DNA of 41,300 bases from Chthoniobacterales bacterium (GCA_047973165.1 JBKEBM010000065.1:1-41300), one strand, 5' to 3'. Counted from the first letter of the stretch, positions 25,577-36,027 are shown. Program-made: numbers and translations. The notes: a model not told the origin generated them from the sequence alone.

Positions 25577-27037
25577 ATGGAAAATTCGCCGTTACAGGAA
25601 TTGATAGCCGTTCGTCGGCAGAAACTCGCTGCCATTCGCGAGGCAGGTGTGGACCCGTTTGGTGGACGTTTTGAAACAGACGGCACTGTGGGTAAACTCC
25701 GGGAACAGTTTGAGGAAGGGAAAAAATTTCGCCTGGCCGGACGTATCACCGCCCATCGCGACATGGGGAAAAGCCACTTTATCGACCTTTCCGATTTTAC
25801 AGGACGCCTTCAGGTTTACCTCAATGCGAAGCAGGTCGGTCCGGAAAAATTCGCCATCTTCGGGCAACTGGACATCGGAGATTTTATCGGAGTGGAGGGT
25901 GAGTGCTTCACCACCAAAACGGGTGAGCCAAGCCTGAAAGCCGCGACCTTCACCGTCCTCTCAAAGTCGCTGCGTCCGCTGCCGGACAAATGGCATGGCG
26001 TCACCGACACGGAAGTTAAATACCGTCAACGCTACCTCGACCTCATCGCCAATCCGGAGTCGCGGGAAGTTTTTGCAAAACGCATCCGCATCATTCGCGA
26101 AATCCGCCGCTTTCTGGAAGATCGCGATTTTCTCGAGGTCGAAACTCCCATGATGCAAAGTATCGCCGGAGGAGCTGCCGCCCAGCCTTTTAAAACACAC
26201 CACAACGCGCTGAGCCTCGATCTTTACCTTCGCATTGCACCCGAGTTGTATCTGAAACGTCTCCTCGTCGCCGGTATGCCACGCGTCTTTGAACTCAATC
26301 GTAACTTCCGTAACGAAGGGATATCCCGCCGCCATAACCCCGAATTTACAATGCTCGAAGCCTATTGGGCCTGTGCGGATTTTGAAACGATGGCTGACAT
26401 GGTCGAAGAGCTGATTTGCCACCTCGCCGAGAGCATCGCAGGCAGTCTGCAAATCGAACACAAAGATGCCGACGGAAATGTAAAAAAGACAATCAATCTC
26501 GCTCGCCCCTGGAAACGGGCACGCTACCAGGACCTCATCGAGGAAGTCGAGCCAGGCTGGTTCGCACGCGATTCCGAAAGCAAACGCGAACGCGGGAAGG
26601 AGCTGAAACTCGACCTCAGCCACTGTCATGAAGACTTTGAACTAACCCAGCAAATTTTTGAAAAACTCGTCGAAGAAAAAACGATCGATCCGGTCTTCGT
26701 GACCCATGTTCCAAAAGAACTCGTTCCGCTCGCCAGGCAAAATCGTGATGACGACAGCCTTGTCGATGTTTACGAACTCATCATAAACGGCCAGGAAATT
26801 TCGCCGGGATACTCCGAACTGAATGACCCTGAAATTCAGCGGAAGCGCCTCGAAGAACAGTCGGGTGAAGAAACTCAGGACATCGATCAGGACTTTCTGA
26901 CATCCCTGGAATACGGAATGCCACCTGCCGGAGGTATCGGTATCGGTATCGACCGCCTCGTCATGATGCTCACTGGTGCCGAAAGCATTCGTGACGTCAT
27001 CCTCTTCCCGCATCAGAAACCCCGGGTTGAAAGTTGA
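25577..27037 (+). CDS. lysS: Lysine--tRNA ligase (class II)
   Basis: OB fold (RDMGKSHF), YRQRYLDLI, GGAAAQPF, YLRIAPELYLKRL, FRNEG...HNPEF, YGMPPAGGIGIGIDRL. Confidence 0.98.
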   Translation: MENSPLQELIAVRRQKLAAIREAGVDPFGGRFETDGTVGKLREQFEEGKKFRLAGRITAHRDMGKSHFIDLSDFTGRLQVYLNAKQVGPEKFAIFGQLDIGDFIGVEGECFTTKTGEPSLKAATFTVLSKSLRPLPDKWHGVTDTEVKYRQRYLDLIANPESREVFAKRIRIIREIRRFLEDRDFLEVETPMMQSIAGGAAAQPFKTHHNALSLDLYLRIAPELYLKRLLVAGMPRVFELNRNFRNEGISRRHNPEFTMLEAYWACADFETMADMVEELICHLAESIAGSLQIEHKDADGNVKKTINLARPWKRARYQDLIEEVEPGWFARDSESKRERGKELKLDLSHCHEDFELTQQIFEKLVEEKTIDPVFVTHVPKELVPLARQNRDDDSLVDVYELIINGQEISPGYSELNDPEIQRKRLEEQSGEETQDIDQDFLTSLEYGMPPAGGIGIGIDRLVMMLTGAESIRDVILFPHQKPRVES

Positions 27038-27092
27038 GTCCGAAATGCCTGGCATCCCAAAAAATTTAAGTGTAAGAAGTCCCTTTCGCTTT

Positions 27093-27122
27093 TTGATGAG
27101 GCAGAGCCTTGTCGCTTATTAT
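27093..27122 (+). promoter_or_regulatory. Putative sigma70 promoter of tRNA-Leu
   Basis: TTGATG-18 bp-TATTAT, ending 14 bp upstream of the tRNA. Confidence 0.5.
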
Positions 27123-27136
27123 CAGAAAGCAAAAAA

Positions 27137-27219
27137 GCCGGCGTGGCGGAATGGCAGACGCAACGGACTTAAAATCCGTTATCCTCACGGGTGTGCGGGT
27201 TCGAGTCCCGCCGCCGGTA
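27137..27219 (+). tRNA. tRNA-Leu (anticodon UAA), CCA not encoded
   Basis: Acceptor GCCGGCG/CGCCGGT plus discriminator A, D-arm GGCGGAATGGCAGACGC, anticodon arm ACGGA-CTTAAAA-TCCGT, long variable arm, T-arm GCGGG-TTCGAGT-CCCGC. Confidence 0.97.
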
Positions 27220-27422
27220 ATCCCTGCATTAATTTCTGCTGACTGCACAGCAAGCACGGCTTTTGAGCTGCCCTTGAATCAAAATTACCTGTTCTGTGCA
27301 AAACCTGGGCTGACAGATATTTTTTTAATTGGGAGCCTGTCTTTCCATCCCGCTCTCACCTTCCGGCACACCACTTTCACAAAAATTAAAACTTGCTGAT
27401 TGCCCTAACACCTGGCTTCTTT

Positions 27423-28403
27423 ATGCAGATGAAATTTTTGGTAACCGGAGGCGCTGGATTTATTGGCAGCCACATTGTATCTCGCCTGCTTTCCGAGGGG
27501 CACGATGTCAGCATTATTGATAATTTTAACGACTTCTACGATCCGCAGATTAAGCGTGACAACATCACGAACCAGCAGGCCGCTGCCAAAAAATCCGTAA
27601 ACGGTGCCCGCCTACAGGTTATCGAAGCAGACATCACCGATAATGCTGCCGTTACAAAACTCATCAGCGAAGGCACCTTTGATACGATAATTCACCTCGC
27701 CGCCCGGGCTGGCGTCCGTCCCTCCATTCAAAAACCCAGGCTCTATCTCGATACCAATATCACGGGCACATTTAATCTCCTGGAGGCTGCAAACAACGCG
27801 GGATGTAAACATTTTATTTTTGCATCCAGTTCCTCAGTTTACGGACTGGCCGAGACGATTCCCTTTTCCGAAAATATGCCCCTGCCACGCACGCTGAGTC
27901 CCTACGCTGCAACCAAACTCGCGGGTGAACAGCTCTGCGCAAATTTCTCGCACCTCTACGACATGCGCACGATCTGCCTGCGCTTCTTCACCGTTTACGG
28001 ACCTGCACAACGCCCCGACCTCGCCATTTATAAATTCACCCATATGATCGACCAGGGCCAGCCCATTCCAAAATTCGGAGATGGCAACACGCGCCGTGAC
28101 TACACTTACGTGGACGATATCGTCGATGGAGTCATAGGTGCTATCAATTACCGTGATAAAAATTTTGACGTCTTTAATCTTGGCGAAAGCGAAACAACAA
28201 CCCTGAACACGCTCATCGCACAAATCGAAAAAAATCTTGGTAAAAAAGCTCTCATTGAGCAACTCCCCGAACAGCCCGGCGATATGCCGCGCACCTGCGC
28301 AGACATTACCAAAGCTCGCCACCTCATCGGCTATAACCCGCAAACAAAAATCTCTCAGGGCATTCCAAAATTCGTGGAATGGTATTGCCAACACAAAACC
28401 TGA
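27423..28403 (+). CDS. NAD-dependent nucleotide-sugar epimerase (UDP-glucuronate 4-epimerase-like)
   Basis: [58 protein letters not shown] at 27423 or 27429. Confidence 0.93.
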   Translation: MQMKFLVTGGAGFIGSHIVSRLLSEGHDVSIIDNFNDFYDPQIKRDNITNQQAAAKKSVNGARLQVIEADITDNAAVTKLISEGTFDTIIHLAARAGVRPSIQKPRLYLDTNITGTFNLLEAANNAGCKHFIFASSSSVYGLAETIPFSENMPLPRTLSPYAATKLAGEQLCANFSHLYDMRTICLRFFTVYGPAQRPDLAIYKFTHMIDQGQPIPKFGDGNTRRDYTYVDDIVDGVIGAINYRDKNFDVFNLGESETTTLNTLIAQIEKNLGKKALIEQLPEQPGDMPRTCADITKARHLIGYNPQTKISQGIPKFVEWYCQHKT

Positions 28404-28404
28404 C

Positions 28405-29922
28405 ATGACCAAAACCGCCATCACACCCACACGCAGCGACGATTTCCCCGAGTGGTATCAGCAACTCATCAAAGCCGCCAACCTCGCTGAGAATTCCGAC
28501 GTTCGCGGCTGCATGGTCATCAAACCCTGGGGCTACAGCCTTTGGGAAAACATGCAATCCGTCCTCGACGGCATGTTCAAAGCCACCGGCCACAAAAATG
28601 CTTACTTCCCCCTCTTTATCCCCCTGAGCCACCTGCAAAAAGAAGCCGAACACGTCGAAGGCTTCGCCAAAGAATGCGCCGTCGTCACCCATCACCGACT
28701 TGAACTCCAGGACGGCCAGCTCACCCCATCAAGTCCGCTGAACGAACCCCTTATCGTCCGCCCAACCTCCGAAACCATCATCGGAGCCAGCTACGCCAAA
28801 TGGGTCCAATCCTGGCGCGACCTCCCCATCCTCATCAACCAGTGGGCCAATGTCGTCCGCTGGGAAATGCGCCCCCGCCTTTTCCTCCGCACAGCCGAAT
28901 TCCTATGGCAGGAAGGCCACACCGTGCACGAAACCGAACAAGAAGCTATCGAAGAAACTGAACGCATGCTGGGTGTTTACAAAAACTTTGCCCGCGACTA
29001 CCTCGCCATCCCCGTGATTACCGGGGAGAAATCTGCCGGCGAACGTTTCCCCGGTGCTGTTTCCACCCTCTGTATCGAAGCTATGGTACAGGATAAAAAA
29101 GCCATCCAGGCCGGCACCTCGCACTTTCTCGGACAGAATTTTGCCAAAGCTTCCGGTATTCAGTTTGCCTCCCGCAGCGGTGAAACAGAATACGCCTGGA
29201 CCACAAGCTGGGGCGTCAGCACCCGCCTCATCGGCACCCTCATCATGGCTCACGGCGACGACGACGGCCTTATCCTGCCGCCTCGCATCGCCCCCTCACA
29301 AATTGTTATCCTCCCCATCACACCAAAAGAAGACACGCGGGATGCTGTGCTTGCTGCTGCTGCCCGGCTTTCCCGCTCACTCCACGGCTGTCATTTCCGG
29401 GACGAGCCCCTGCGTGTCGAAATCGACAAACGCGATCTCGGAGGTGGTGTCAAAAAATGGGAATGGGTCAAAATGGGCGCACCGATTCGCCTCGAAATCG
29501 GCCCTCGCGATCTGGAGAAAAAAACGGTCGCCCTCTCACGTCGCGACCGTCCCGCCAACGAGAAAGAATTTATCCACTTCGACGAACTCCCCGCGAAACT
29601 GCCCGCCATCCTTGAGGAAATCCAGGGCGAGCTCCTGGCAAAAGCCACTGCCTTCCGCCAGGAAAACACGCGAACCATCGACAGCAACGAGGATTTTTAC
29701 TCCTTCTTTACGCCAAAGAATACTAACAAACCCGAAATCCACGGCGGCTTCGCACTCACCCACTGGGACGGCTCTGTCGAGGTCGAAGAACAAATCAAAA
29801 ACGATCTGAAGGTCACCATTCGCTGCATCCCGGATGACGATGAATTCCCCAAAGACCCCGGCACCTGTCCCTTTAGCGGAAACCCCAGCAAACAACGCGT
29901 CGTCTGGGCAAAATCTTACTAG
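28405..29922 (+). CDS. proS: Proline--tRNA ligase, archaeal/eukaryote-type
   Basis: Start ATG 28405 (MTKTAITPTRSDDFPEWY), HVEGFAKE, RPTSE, QWANVVRWE, FLWQEGH, QAGTSHFLGQNF, C-terminal AKSY. Confidence 0.97.
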   Translation: MTKTAITPTRSDDFPEWYQQLIKAANLAENSDVRGCMVIKPWGYSLWENMQSVLDGMFKATGHKNAYFPLFIPLSHLQKEAEHVEGFAKECAVVTHHRLELQDGQLTPSSPLNEPLIVRPTSETIIGASYAKWVQSWRDLPILINQWANVVRWEMRPRLFLRTAEFLWQEGHTVHETEQEAIEETERMLGVYKNFARDYLAIPVITGEKSAGERFPGAVSTLCIEAMVQDKKAIQAGTSHFLGQNFAKASGIQFASRSGETEYAWTTSWGVSTRLIGTLIMAHGDDDGLILPPRIAPSQIVILPITPKEDTRDAVLAAAARLSRSLHGCHFRDEPLRVEIDKRDLGGGVKKWEWVKMGAPIRLEIGPRDLEKKTVALSRRDRPANEKEFIHFDELPAKLPAILEEIQGELLAKATAFRQENTRTIDSNEDFYSFFTPKNTNKPEIHGGFALTHWDGSVEVEEQIKNDLKVTIRCIPDDDEFPKDPGTCPFSGNPSKQRVVWAKSY

Positions 29923-29931
29923 AACCAGGAT

Positions 29932-29973
29932 AAAAAAAGCGGGCGTCGGCCACAAGTATGACGACCTGTTTTT
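29932..29973. terminator. Probable bidirectional intrinsic terminator between proS and the hydrolase gene
   Basis: AAAAAAA-GCGGGCGTC-loop-GACGACCTGT-TTTT: imperfect stem flanked by A and T tracts between convergent stops. Confidence 0.55.
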
Positions 29974-30972
29974 CTACGATTCGAGCAACTGCAGTTCTGT
30001 ACTTTCCCGGATAATCTGAGAAAAATAATCCGGGACCGCCAAAGGTGCCAGTATCCCGTGATCAGGAATTCGTTTAAGCCTGGCCTGTGGCAGCTTTTCC
30101 ATAACGGCGAGGATTTCTTTTTCTGAGAAAAGGTCAGATTTTTCAGGCCAGAAAATAGTTGTGGGAACCGGAAAATTTTCCAGGCGTTCGCTTAGACTGG
30201 CGGAAAGACGTCCGCGTAAAAAGGCCCATATCACACGATCTGCTCCGGGCAGAGAAGCACACAGAGAGAGAACGCGAACTGTTTTCGGATCGATTTGCTC
30301 CGGGTCTCTAAAGCCGATCTCTTCAAGCCATGAGCGTACAAACCGGGGCTTTGAAAGATAATTTCTCCAAACGAAAGAACGCAGCAGCGGCATACGACCG
30401 ATCCCCATGATACGACGTGCGCGATTCTGACGCAGCGGTGCGGCAATTCCCAGTGGAAGCCAGGTGATCATTTGGGAAAATAATTCCGGATGCTGTGAGG
30501 CGAGTAAGAAAGCAAACTGTGCTCCGATACCGGAGCTTACCAAAACAGCCCGGCGCCCCTGGCAGACTTCGTGCAAAAACTCCACCAGGCTTTGAGCGTA
30601 GTCCGCTGCATCAAGCGTATATTTCGGACGCTGACTCTCACCGAACCCAATCAGGTCCGGAGCGATTACTTCGTATCCCCCGGCAAAGTGAGAGTAAACT
30701 TTTGACCACTCATAGGACGAAGCACCGGGATAAATCCCGTGTAAGAAAATCACAGGCTGGCCGCTCCCCGAGGTGTGGTAAACCATTTCTCCCAGACTGG
30801 TTGCAGCGATGCGACTGGCAAAGATCGCCGGTGATAAACTATCCGGTATTTCCGTGCGTCGCGGGCGCCGAAAACCATAGCGCAGAGCCAGCAAAACACC
30901 TCCGGTCAATCCAACGCCCAGACCGACACTCAGAGCCTTTTTGCGGCTCGTCTTCTCAATCAGCTTTCTCAC
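29974..30972 (-). CDS. Alpha/beta hydrolase-fold protein with N-terminal TM anchor and non-canonical active site
   Basis: PVIFLHGI, SSYEW, APDLIGFGES. The nucleophile elbow reads VSSGIG rather than GxSxG. Confidence 0.85.
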   Translation of the reverse strand: MRKLIEKTSRKKALSVGLGVGLTGGVLLALRYGFRRPRRTEIPDSLSPAIFASRIAATSLGEMVYHTSGSGQPVIFLHGIYPGASSYEWSKVYSHFAGGYEVIAPDLIGFGESQRPKYTLDAADYAQSLVEFLHEVCQGRRAVLVSSGIGAQFAFLLASQHPELFSQMITWLPLGIAAPLRQNRARRIMGIGRMPLLRSFVWRNYLSKPRFVRSWLEEIGFRDPEQIDPKTVRVLSLCASLPGADRVIWAFLRGRLSASLSERLENFPVPTTIFWPEKSDLFSEKEILAVMEKLPQARLKRIPDHGILAPLAVPDYFSQIIRESTELQLLES

Positions 30973-30981
30973 AATGAAGGC

Positions 30982-32001
30982 TCAGAAACAAATTCTGACA
31001 TCCTGCTCGCCTTCGACAATTCGACCAATTATACGTCCGGAAGTCGCCTTGCAAACAGCCCGTGCGCTGGCTGGCCTTACAAACAGGACCATGCCGATTC
31101 CCATATTAAAAACCTGATACATTTCGAGCGGATCAACCTTTCCCTTTTCGGCAATGATTTTAAAAATCGCCGGAACCTTCCAGGCTGCAGCTTCGATTTG
31201 TGCAGCCGTCCCTGTCGGCAAAACACGGGGCAGATTATCGATGAGTCCCCCACCTGTGATGTGGGCTGCACCAAGCAGTTGCCGAGAGGGAAGAGCCGCC
31301 AGCGTGGGCTGATAGTTTCGATGAACACGCAAAAGCTCTTCGCCAAGCGATTTCGTGAGACCTGCTATTTTGCTGGTGATTTTGAACCCTGCTTTTTCAA
31401 AAAGCACCTTTCGGGCGAGGGAATAGCCGTTGGTATGAAGTCCGTTTGACGGGAGACCGATTAGCACATCGCCGCGACGGATACGCGAGCCGTCAAGAAG
31501 CTTTTTCTTATCTGCGATGCCGACTATCGTTCCGGCCACATCGTATTCGCCTCGTCGATACATGCCTGGCATCTGGGCAGTTTCGCCGCCAACGATGGCG
31601 CATCCGGCAGCTCGGCAGGCTTTTGAGAATCCTTTTAAAATATCTGCAAATACTTCTGGCTCCAAACGTTCGGCTGCCAGATAGTCTAAAAAAAACAAGG
31701 GGCGTGCTCCGATGACAGCGATGTCGTTGATGCAGTGATTCACAAGGTCTTGCCCGATGGTGTCGTGACGCCCCGTGGCGAAAGCGATTTTGAGTTTTGT
31801 ACCGACACCATCCACACTGGAGACGAGAACGGGTTCTTTCAACCCCTTTAAATCGGGCTGGAAGAGGCCGCCAAAGCCGCCGATTTTTCCCAGCACTTCC
31901 GGCCCCTGGGTTGCACGGACGGCTCGCTGGATTCCGGCTTTTACTTTATTGCCGAGGTCCACATCGACACCGGCTGCGGTATAGGCTTTCTTTTTTTTCA
32001 T
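30982..32001 (-). CDS. purM: Phosphoribosylformylglycinamidine cyclo-ligase (AIR synthase)
   Basis: YTAAGVD, DGVGTK, PLFFLDY, GGETAQMPG, SNGLHTNGYSL, HITGGG, FNMGIG. Confidence 0.98.
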   Translation of the reverse strand: MKKKKAYTAAGVDVDLGNKVKAGIQRAVRATQGPEVLGKIGGFGGLFQPDLKGLKEPVLVSSVDGVGTKLKIAFATGRHDTIGQDLVNHCINDIAVIGARPLFFLDYLAAERLEPEVFADILKGFSKACRAAGCAIVGGETAQMPGMYRRGEYDVAGTIVGIADKKKLLDGSRIRRGDVLIGLPSNGLHTNGYSLARKVLFEKAGFKITSKIAGLTKSLGEELLRVHRNYQPTLAALPSRQLLGAAHITGGGLIDNLPRVLPTGTAAQIEAAAWKVPAIFKIIAEKGKVDPLEMYQVFNMGIGMVLFVRPASARAVCKATSGRIIGRIVEGEQDVRICF

Positions 32002-33461
32002 AAACTGCTTTTTCCGAAAAGAGGTGGCTGGCTCTTGTCATCTTCGAGAAGCCCACGGCTGTGACGACGTTTTTCCATCGCAAGTTTATCAACCGATGGA
32101 TCAAAGGCTACGGGATAGTCGCCATTGAAGCAGGCGAGACAAAAGGAATTTTTGTCGCGGCCCGTTGCAGCCACCATTCCCTCAAGATCGAGGTATCCAA
32201 GGCTGTCCGCACCGAGATAATTGCAGATTTCATCAATACTGCACTGATTGGCCAGGAGTTTCTCAGCATCGGGAAAATCAATACCGTAGTAGCAGGCATG
32301 CCTGTGCGGCGGACAGCTCACACGCATGTGGACTTCTGCGGCGCCGGCCTCGCGGAGGTTGACGACACGTGCCCGTGCTGTGGTTCCCCGGACGATGGAA
32401 TCATCGATCACGACCACACGCTTGCCGCGAACGGATTCACCGATGAGGTTTAGTTTTACCCGGACATTGAAGTCGCGGATCATCTGACTGGGCTGAATAA
32501 AAGTCCTCCCGATGTAGTGGTTGCGCACGAATCCCATCTCGAAGGGAATGCCAAGCTGGTCGGCAAACCCCATCGCACAATAAACTCCGGAGTCCGGAAC
32601 CGGGACGACTACGTCTGCATCCACCGGGTGTCGCCGAGCGAGTTCACGTCCCATTTCGACACGGGCAGCTTTTACATTTACATCGCCAATATCGCTGTCG
32701 GGCCGGGCAAAATAAACGTATTCAAAAATACAAAAGGCCTCGCGCCGTTTCGGAAAAGGAAACTCGGAGCGGCAGCCGTTTTCATCGATGATGACAACCT
32801 CACCGGGTTTGATTTCGCGGATGTATTCGGCCTGGATGAGGTCCAGCGCACAGGTTTCAGAAGTCAGTATGTAAGCATCTCCCAGGCGCCCGAGGCTGAG
32901 AGGGCGAAAACCATTCGGATCCCGAAAACCGATGATTTCTTTTTCGCCCATGAGTACCATGGAGAATGCCCCTTCAAGGCGACGGAGGGCGGCCAGAGGA
33001 TTGCGGGCCCCCTCGGGCTGGGCAAGAAGATGGAGGACAATCTCGCTGTCGGCAGTCGTCTGAAAAATGGAACCCGAGGCTTCGAGTTCGTGGCGAAGCT
33101 GAACGGCATTTACAATGTTTCCATTATGAGCAATGGCTAACTGACCTCGTTCTGTATCGACCAGAAAGGGTTGTGCGTTAATGATGTTACTCGAACCCGT
33201 CGTGGAGTAACGCACATGTCCAATGGCACGTGAACCCTTGAGAGTTTCGAGAACATCCTGACGAAAAACCTGAGAAACGAGTCCCATGCCTTTGTGAGTT
33301 CGGAAGTGTGACTCGTCGCCGTTGCAGCAGACAATTCCCGCACTTTCCTGGCCGCGGTGCTGAAGGGCGAAAAGTCCGTAGTAAGTCAGTATCGCGGCAT
33401 TTGGATGTCCAAAAACGGCAAAGACTCCGCATTCATGTTTCGGTTTATGAAAACTTTCCAA
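31998..33461 (-). CDS. purF: Amidophosphoribosyltransferase
   Basis: Propeptide ...PKHE|CGVF, QHRGQESAG, HVRYST, CIFEYVYFARPD, VIDDSIVRGTT, Fe-S cysteines (CYYGIDF, CLAC). Start uncertain (TTG 33461). Confidence 0.97.
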   Translation of the reverse strand: MESFHKPKHECGVFAVFGHPNAAILTYYGLFALQHRGQESAGIVCCNGDESHFRTHKGMGLVSQVFRQDVLETLKGSRAIGHVRYSTTGSSNIINAQPFLVDTERGQLAIAHNGNIVNAVQLRHELEASGSIFQTTADSEIVLHLLAQPEGARNPLAALRRLEGAFSMVLMGEKEIIGFRDPNGFRPLSLGRLGDAYILTSETCALDLIQAEYIREIKPGEVVIIDENGCRSEFPFPKRREAFCIFEYVYFARPDSDIGDVNVKAARVEMGRELARRHPVDADVVVPVPDSGVYCAMGFADQLGIPFEMGFVRNHYIGRTFIQPSQMIRDFNVRVKLNLIGESVRGKRVVVIDDSIVRGTTARARVVNLREAGAAEVHMRVSCPPHRHACYYGIDFPDAEKLLANQCSIDEICNYLGADSLGYLDLEGMVAATGRDKNSFCLACFNGDYPVAFDPSVDKLAMEKRRHSRGLLEDDKSQPPLFGKSSL

Positions 33462-33622
33462 GGTAGGTGAGCTGGTAAGACTTTTTCATGACCTGGAGAA
33501 AGCGAACATGCAACTCTTTACCCAAAACAATTCTGAAAAGTCTGTGCTCTTTATCTGTTTTCGTAAATTTCCTGCCGAAGAAATATTGAAAATGCAGTTT
33601 TTTGCGGCTTATCTCGTGCAGC

Positions 33623-34681
33623 ATGTTAAGCGAACTTCGACTTCGGGATTTTCGATGTTTTGAGACTTTGGAGTTCCAGCCGGAAGCCGGAGTTAACTTT
33701 CTCGTCGGGCAAAATGCTCAGGGCAAAACCTCCATTCTGGAAGCAGTCTGTATGCTGGCACGGCTGCAGTCGCCCCGCACCCGCACGCTGAAACAATGCA
33801 TTCGTTTCGGAGCAGATGCGGCCAGCCTGGACGGACGCCTTTACGATCAGCACCTGCATTTTAAATGGGGAGCAGGCGGACGAAAAACTGAAATGGATTC
33901 GGTGCTGCAATCAAAGAGCCAGGAGTATCTCAGCGTCGCCCGGGTCTCCTGGTTTTCAAACGAAGACATCGACCTGGTTCGAGGGAGTGGTGCAGGGCGT
34001 CGACGCTATCTCGATTTTCTGGGTGCCCAAACGGTAGCAGGTTACCTGGCAGCTCTGCGGGGTTACGAGCGTGCCCTTCGGTCGCGAAATTACCTGTTAA
34101 AACAAGGGCGCCCCTGGCAGGAGATCGAAGCCTGGCACGAAGCACTGAGCCGCATGGGGAGTTTTCTGGTTCGCACACGACACGAGATGTTGTTGGAGCT
34201 GGCCCCGTTTATTAGTGAAGCCGCAACGGCAATCAGCAATCGTGATGATGAAGTCGGCGTCCGTTTTTTTCCGAATACAGAAGCGGCGACGGAAGAAGAA
34301 ATGCTGGCAGCCCTTGCGGCAAATCGTGAAAAAGATGAACGCCTGCGACAAACAGGTATCGGACCACACCGGGATGATTTTTCGCTTTCTCTCGAAGGAC
34401 GTCCGGCAGCAGAGTTTGCTTCCGAAGGACAACAGCGAACAATTGCCCTTGCCCTGCGAATCGGACAAACCCAACTTCTGCAAAAGCGGACGGGTATGCC
34501 ACCTCTTTTGCTGATTGACGATATTTTCGGAGAGCTGGATCGGGATCGACGAAATCGTTTACTCTCCATTTTTCCCGGAGCAGCGCAGACTTTGATTACG
34601 ACAACCATGCTCGACTGGCGAGATCATGGTGCTACAGCTAAAATTTTTGACCTGAAAGAAGGGAAACTGCGGAGTCATTAA
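33623..34681 (+). CDS. recF: DNA replication/repair protein RecF
   Basis: LRDFRCF, Walker A GQNAQGKT, RRRYLD, GPHRDD, ASEGQQR, Walker B LLLIDDIFGELD. ATG 33623. Confidence 0.95.
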   Translation: MLSELRLRDFRCFETLEFQPEAGVNFLVGQNAQGKTSILEAVCMLARLQSPRTRTLKQCIRFGADAASLDGRLYDQHLHFKWGAGGRKTEMDSVLQSKSQEYLSVARVSWFSNEDIDLVRGSGAGRRRYLDFLGAQTVAGYLAALRGYERALRSRNYLLKQGRPWQEIEAWHEALSRMGSFLVRTRHEMLLELAPFISEAATAISNRDDEVGVRFFPNTEAATEEEMLAALAANREKDERLRQTGIGPHRDDFSLSLEGRPAAEFASEGQQRTIALALRIGQTQLLQKRTGMPPLLLIDDIFGELDRDRRNRLLSIFPGAAQTLITTTMLDWRDHGATAKIFDLKEGKLRSH

Positions 34682-34697
34682 AGGGCACGCCTGAAAA

Positions 34698-34713
34698 CCT
34701 GCTTTTCGGCAGG
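34698..34713. terminator. Short hairpin between convergent recF and fabF
   Basis: CCTGC-TTTTCG-GCAGG, 16 bp after the recF stop. No U-tail. Confidence 0.25.
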
Positions 34714-34785
34714 GAGGCCGGACAAAACCTCGCTGACTGCCTGGCCTTGGATTCGAAATGTATTACCTTTGAAAGCGAAGTGGAA

Positions 34786-36027
34786 TTAAACACGTCGTGC
34801 GATCAGCGTCGCATTGTGACCGCCGAAACCGAAGGAGTTGCTTAGCACGACATCGAGTTTTTTCTCGCGGGCCGTGTGCGGCACGTAGTCGAGGTCGCAT
34901 TCCGGATCGGGATTATCGAGGTTGATGGTAGGAGGAATAACTCCGTGCCTAAGTGCCAGGATGCTGGCGGCGAGTTCGACGCCTCCGGCTGCTCCCAGGA
35001 GGTGGCCGGTGCAGGATTTTGTGGAGCTGATGGCTACCGATTTTGCAAATTCACCGAGAGCCTGTTTGATGGCTTTTGTCTCACAAATATCGCCAAGCGG
35101 GGTCGAGGTCGCATGCGCATTGATGTAGTCGATATCTTCGGGATTGACTCCGGCGTGCTTCATGGCGAGAGCCATTGCACGGGCTGCGCCTTCGCCATCG
35201 GGAAGAGGTTGGGTCATGTGAAAAGCATCTGCCGAGGCACCGTAGCCGGCGAGTTCGCAGTAAATGGTAGCACCGCGTTTTTTGGCGTGTTCGTATTCCT
35301 CAAGCATGAGAATGCCGGCACCTTCGCCCATCACAAAGCCGTCGCGGTCGCGGTCGAAGGGGCGGCAGGCTTTTTCGGGTTCGTCGTTGCGGCAGCTAAG
35401 AGCTTTCATCGAGGCAAATCCGGCTACGCCCAGAGGGGTGATCGTCGCTTCGCAGCCTCCGGCCAGGAAGACGTCGGCATCTCCAAATTTGATGATGCGC
35501 CAGGCTTCACCGAGAGAATTATTTGCTGTGGCGCAGGCGGTCACAATCGTCATGTTTGGACCACGCAGATTGTATTCCATCGAAACAAGTCCGCTTGCCA
35601 TGTTGCTGATCATCATTGCAATGGTGAAGGGCGAGACGCGGGAGGGGCCTCGCTCCAGGAGGCGTTGGCTTTCGTCTTCCATGCTGCGCAGGCCGCCGAT
35701 ACCGCTGCCAATGATTACACCAAAGCGGTCCCGGTCAACGGCTTCGAGGTCAATTCCGGAGTCTTCGAGTGCCATTTTGGAGGCTGCGACTCCGAACTGT
35801 GTGAAGCGGTCCGTGCGTCGTGCTGTTTTGGGAACTTTAAAATAGGGAGCAGGCACAAAGTCCTGAACTTCACCGGCGATTTTGCAGTCAAAGTTTGTTG
35901 AATCAAAGGCTTTGAAGGGGGTGATTCCATTCTTTCCTTCAGTGAGGTTTTTCCAAAAGGTATCAACATCGTTACCGATGGGTGAAATGACTCCTAAGCC
36001 AGTAACAACGACTCTTCTTTGATTCAT
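34786..36027 (-). CDS. fabF: Beta-ketoacyl-ACP synthase II
   Basis: RRVVVTGLG, catalytic TACAT, RDGFVMGEGAG, NAHATST, GHLLGAAG, SNSFGFGGHN. Confidence 0.98.
   Translation of the reverse strand: MNQRRVVVTGLGVISPIGNDVDTFWKNLTEGKNGITPFKAFDSTNFDCKIAGEVQDFVPAPYFKVPKTARRTDRFTQFGVAASKMALEDSGIDLEAVDRDRFGVIIGSGIGGLRSMEDESQRLLERGPSRVSPFTIAMMISNMASGLVSMEYNLRGPNMTIVTACATANNSLGEAWRIIKFGDADVFLAGGCEATITPLGVAGFASMKALSCRNDEPEKACRPFDRDRDGFVMGEGAGILMLEEYEHAKKRGATIYCELAGYGASADAFHMTQPLPDGEGAARAMALAMKHAGVNPEDIDYINAHATSTPLGDICETKAIKQALGEFAKSVAISSTKSCTGHLLGAAGGVELAASILALRHGVIPPTINLDNPDPECDLDYVPHTAREKKLDVVLSNSFGFGGHNATLIARRV

Noticed and set aside
27066-27399. Small ORFs overlapping 27137-27219
   Set aside because: They translate through the tRNA-Leu gene.
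27137-28403. tRNA-Leu as an integration site for an island
   Set aside because: No integrase follows, I saw no duplicated tRNA 3' end in the window, and the downstream genes (epimerase, proS) look native.
33462-34681. recF as a marker of oriC
   Set aside because: No dnaA, dnaN or gyrB nearby and no DnaA-box cluster in the purF-recF spacer.
34876-35901. 341-aa ORF antisense to fabF
   Set aside because: Typical antisense shadow with no independent evidence.
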